Assembly (NCBI GenBank): GCA_965202585.1
Contig: OZ241827.1
Coordinates: 12,028,001-12,092,000 of the forward strand
Origin: Thalia democratica
Taxonomy: Eukaryota
DNA: 64,000 nucleotides
Reading direction: 5' to 3'
Made by a program: the position numbers and the translations under genes. The notes under the pieces are model-generated. The model saw only the letters and a program-made list of their open reading frames with translations. It had not been told where the DNA came from and made no database searches. This document shows, one piece after another, positions 63,268 to 64,000 of this stretch (position 1 is its first letter; the number at the start of each line of letters is the position of its first letter).

Positions 63268-64000
63268 ATTTAGCCGTTTGTAAACTTGTGGATTTCAATA
63301 AAATTCCTTGAACTGATACAGTAACTGTTTTTTGAAACTTAATTGAAATCATCTTAAACATTTTTAAAAAATAGTAGCAAAATTAAAACCTAAGTAACAT
63401 TAACTAAAAAATCATAAATTTACAACAAAAATAAACCTTAAAGTATTACTATGATTAGGATGGTTTTAAAAGTTAAGCCCTTTTACCTTTCAGCTGTAAG
63501 GCAATTTATAAGTAGGAAATATCATGAAAACAATCTGTGGAAATTTTAAGATGTTTTAAACAAGAGTCAATTGAGACGTCATCAGTTTTAACCTATATAA
63601 CAATCCCTATGTAAGCTGAATGGGACCTTAAAATTTTGACCTTGTTCGATTAAGTTTTTTTAGAATTTTAAGAATTACGACAAAAAACTTTCTAACTATA
63701 ATAAATACTTTAAAGATACTACAAAATAGTTTTTTAACCAAAATAGTTTTGTCTTTTAACCTTCAAACATAAGTTAATGAGTGTTTGCAGTCACCGTAAA
63801 GTATCTATTTGTCATTTAAATGTCAAGTTTTGTGACTTATTTTGCATAGCATTAAAATCAATAATATGTTTTATTCGTATAGTGAACTATAAAAAATCAT
63901 TGATTGTAAATTATACTGAAAAAGTTATGTAAAAAATAAATGACAGGTTTTATAAATAAAAATTATTATAAATTGTTTACTAAACAATAGAAAGGTGCTC

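Larger units (their letters stand above)
60500..64000 (+). repeat. Recent direct duplicate of 28308-31806, running off the window
   Basis: Near-identical; the junction lies in ATACAGTA microhomology. Confidence 0.95.

Overview
Very AT-rich animal genomic DNA with GT-AG introns (Hydra-like by composition and repeat types; the taxon is inference only). It looks ampliconic and rearranged. (1) A roughly 30-kb degenerate palindrome (arms about 85-12764 and 16499-30020) carries two divergently oriented copies of a 12-exon BET/BRD4-derived gene. The gene has one bromodomain whose acetyl-lysine-anchoring Asn is replaced by Ile, no BD2 or ET domain, and a C-terminal motif like the BRD4 P-TEFb-interacting domain. 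The left copy is a pseudogene, and a third, partial copy lies in a recent direct duplication at 60500-64000. (2) The right arm alone has a 747-bp insertion with a 13-bp TSD, a type I hammerhead ribozyme and a 24-bp minisatellite. (3) A decayed hAT transposon and MITEs. (4) An intact 3-exon NAA80-like GNAT acetyltransferase gene. (5) A homogeneous 5.4-kb array of 420-bp units, each with a tRNA-like Pol III head. (6) An intact 7-exon double-homeobox gene with PRD-class intron positions, plus an inverted truncated copy of its promoter and exon 1. (7) A Ty3/Gypsy element with gag, a -1 slippery site plus pseudoknot, pol and a truncated env-like ORF. The three unrelated host genes share homologous upstream DNA modules in the same orientation. 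All gene models were spliced and translated by hand; no searches were run.
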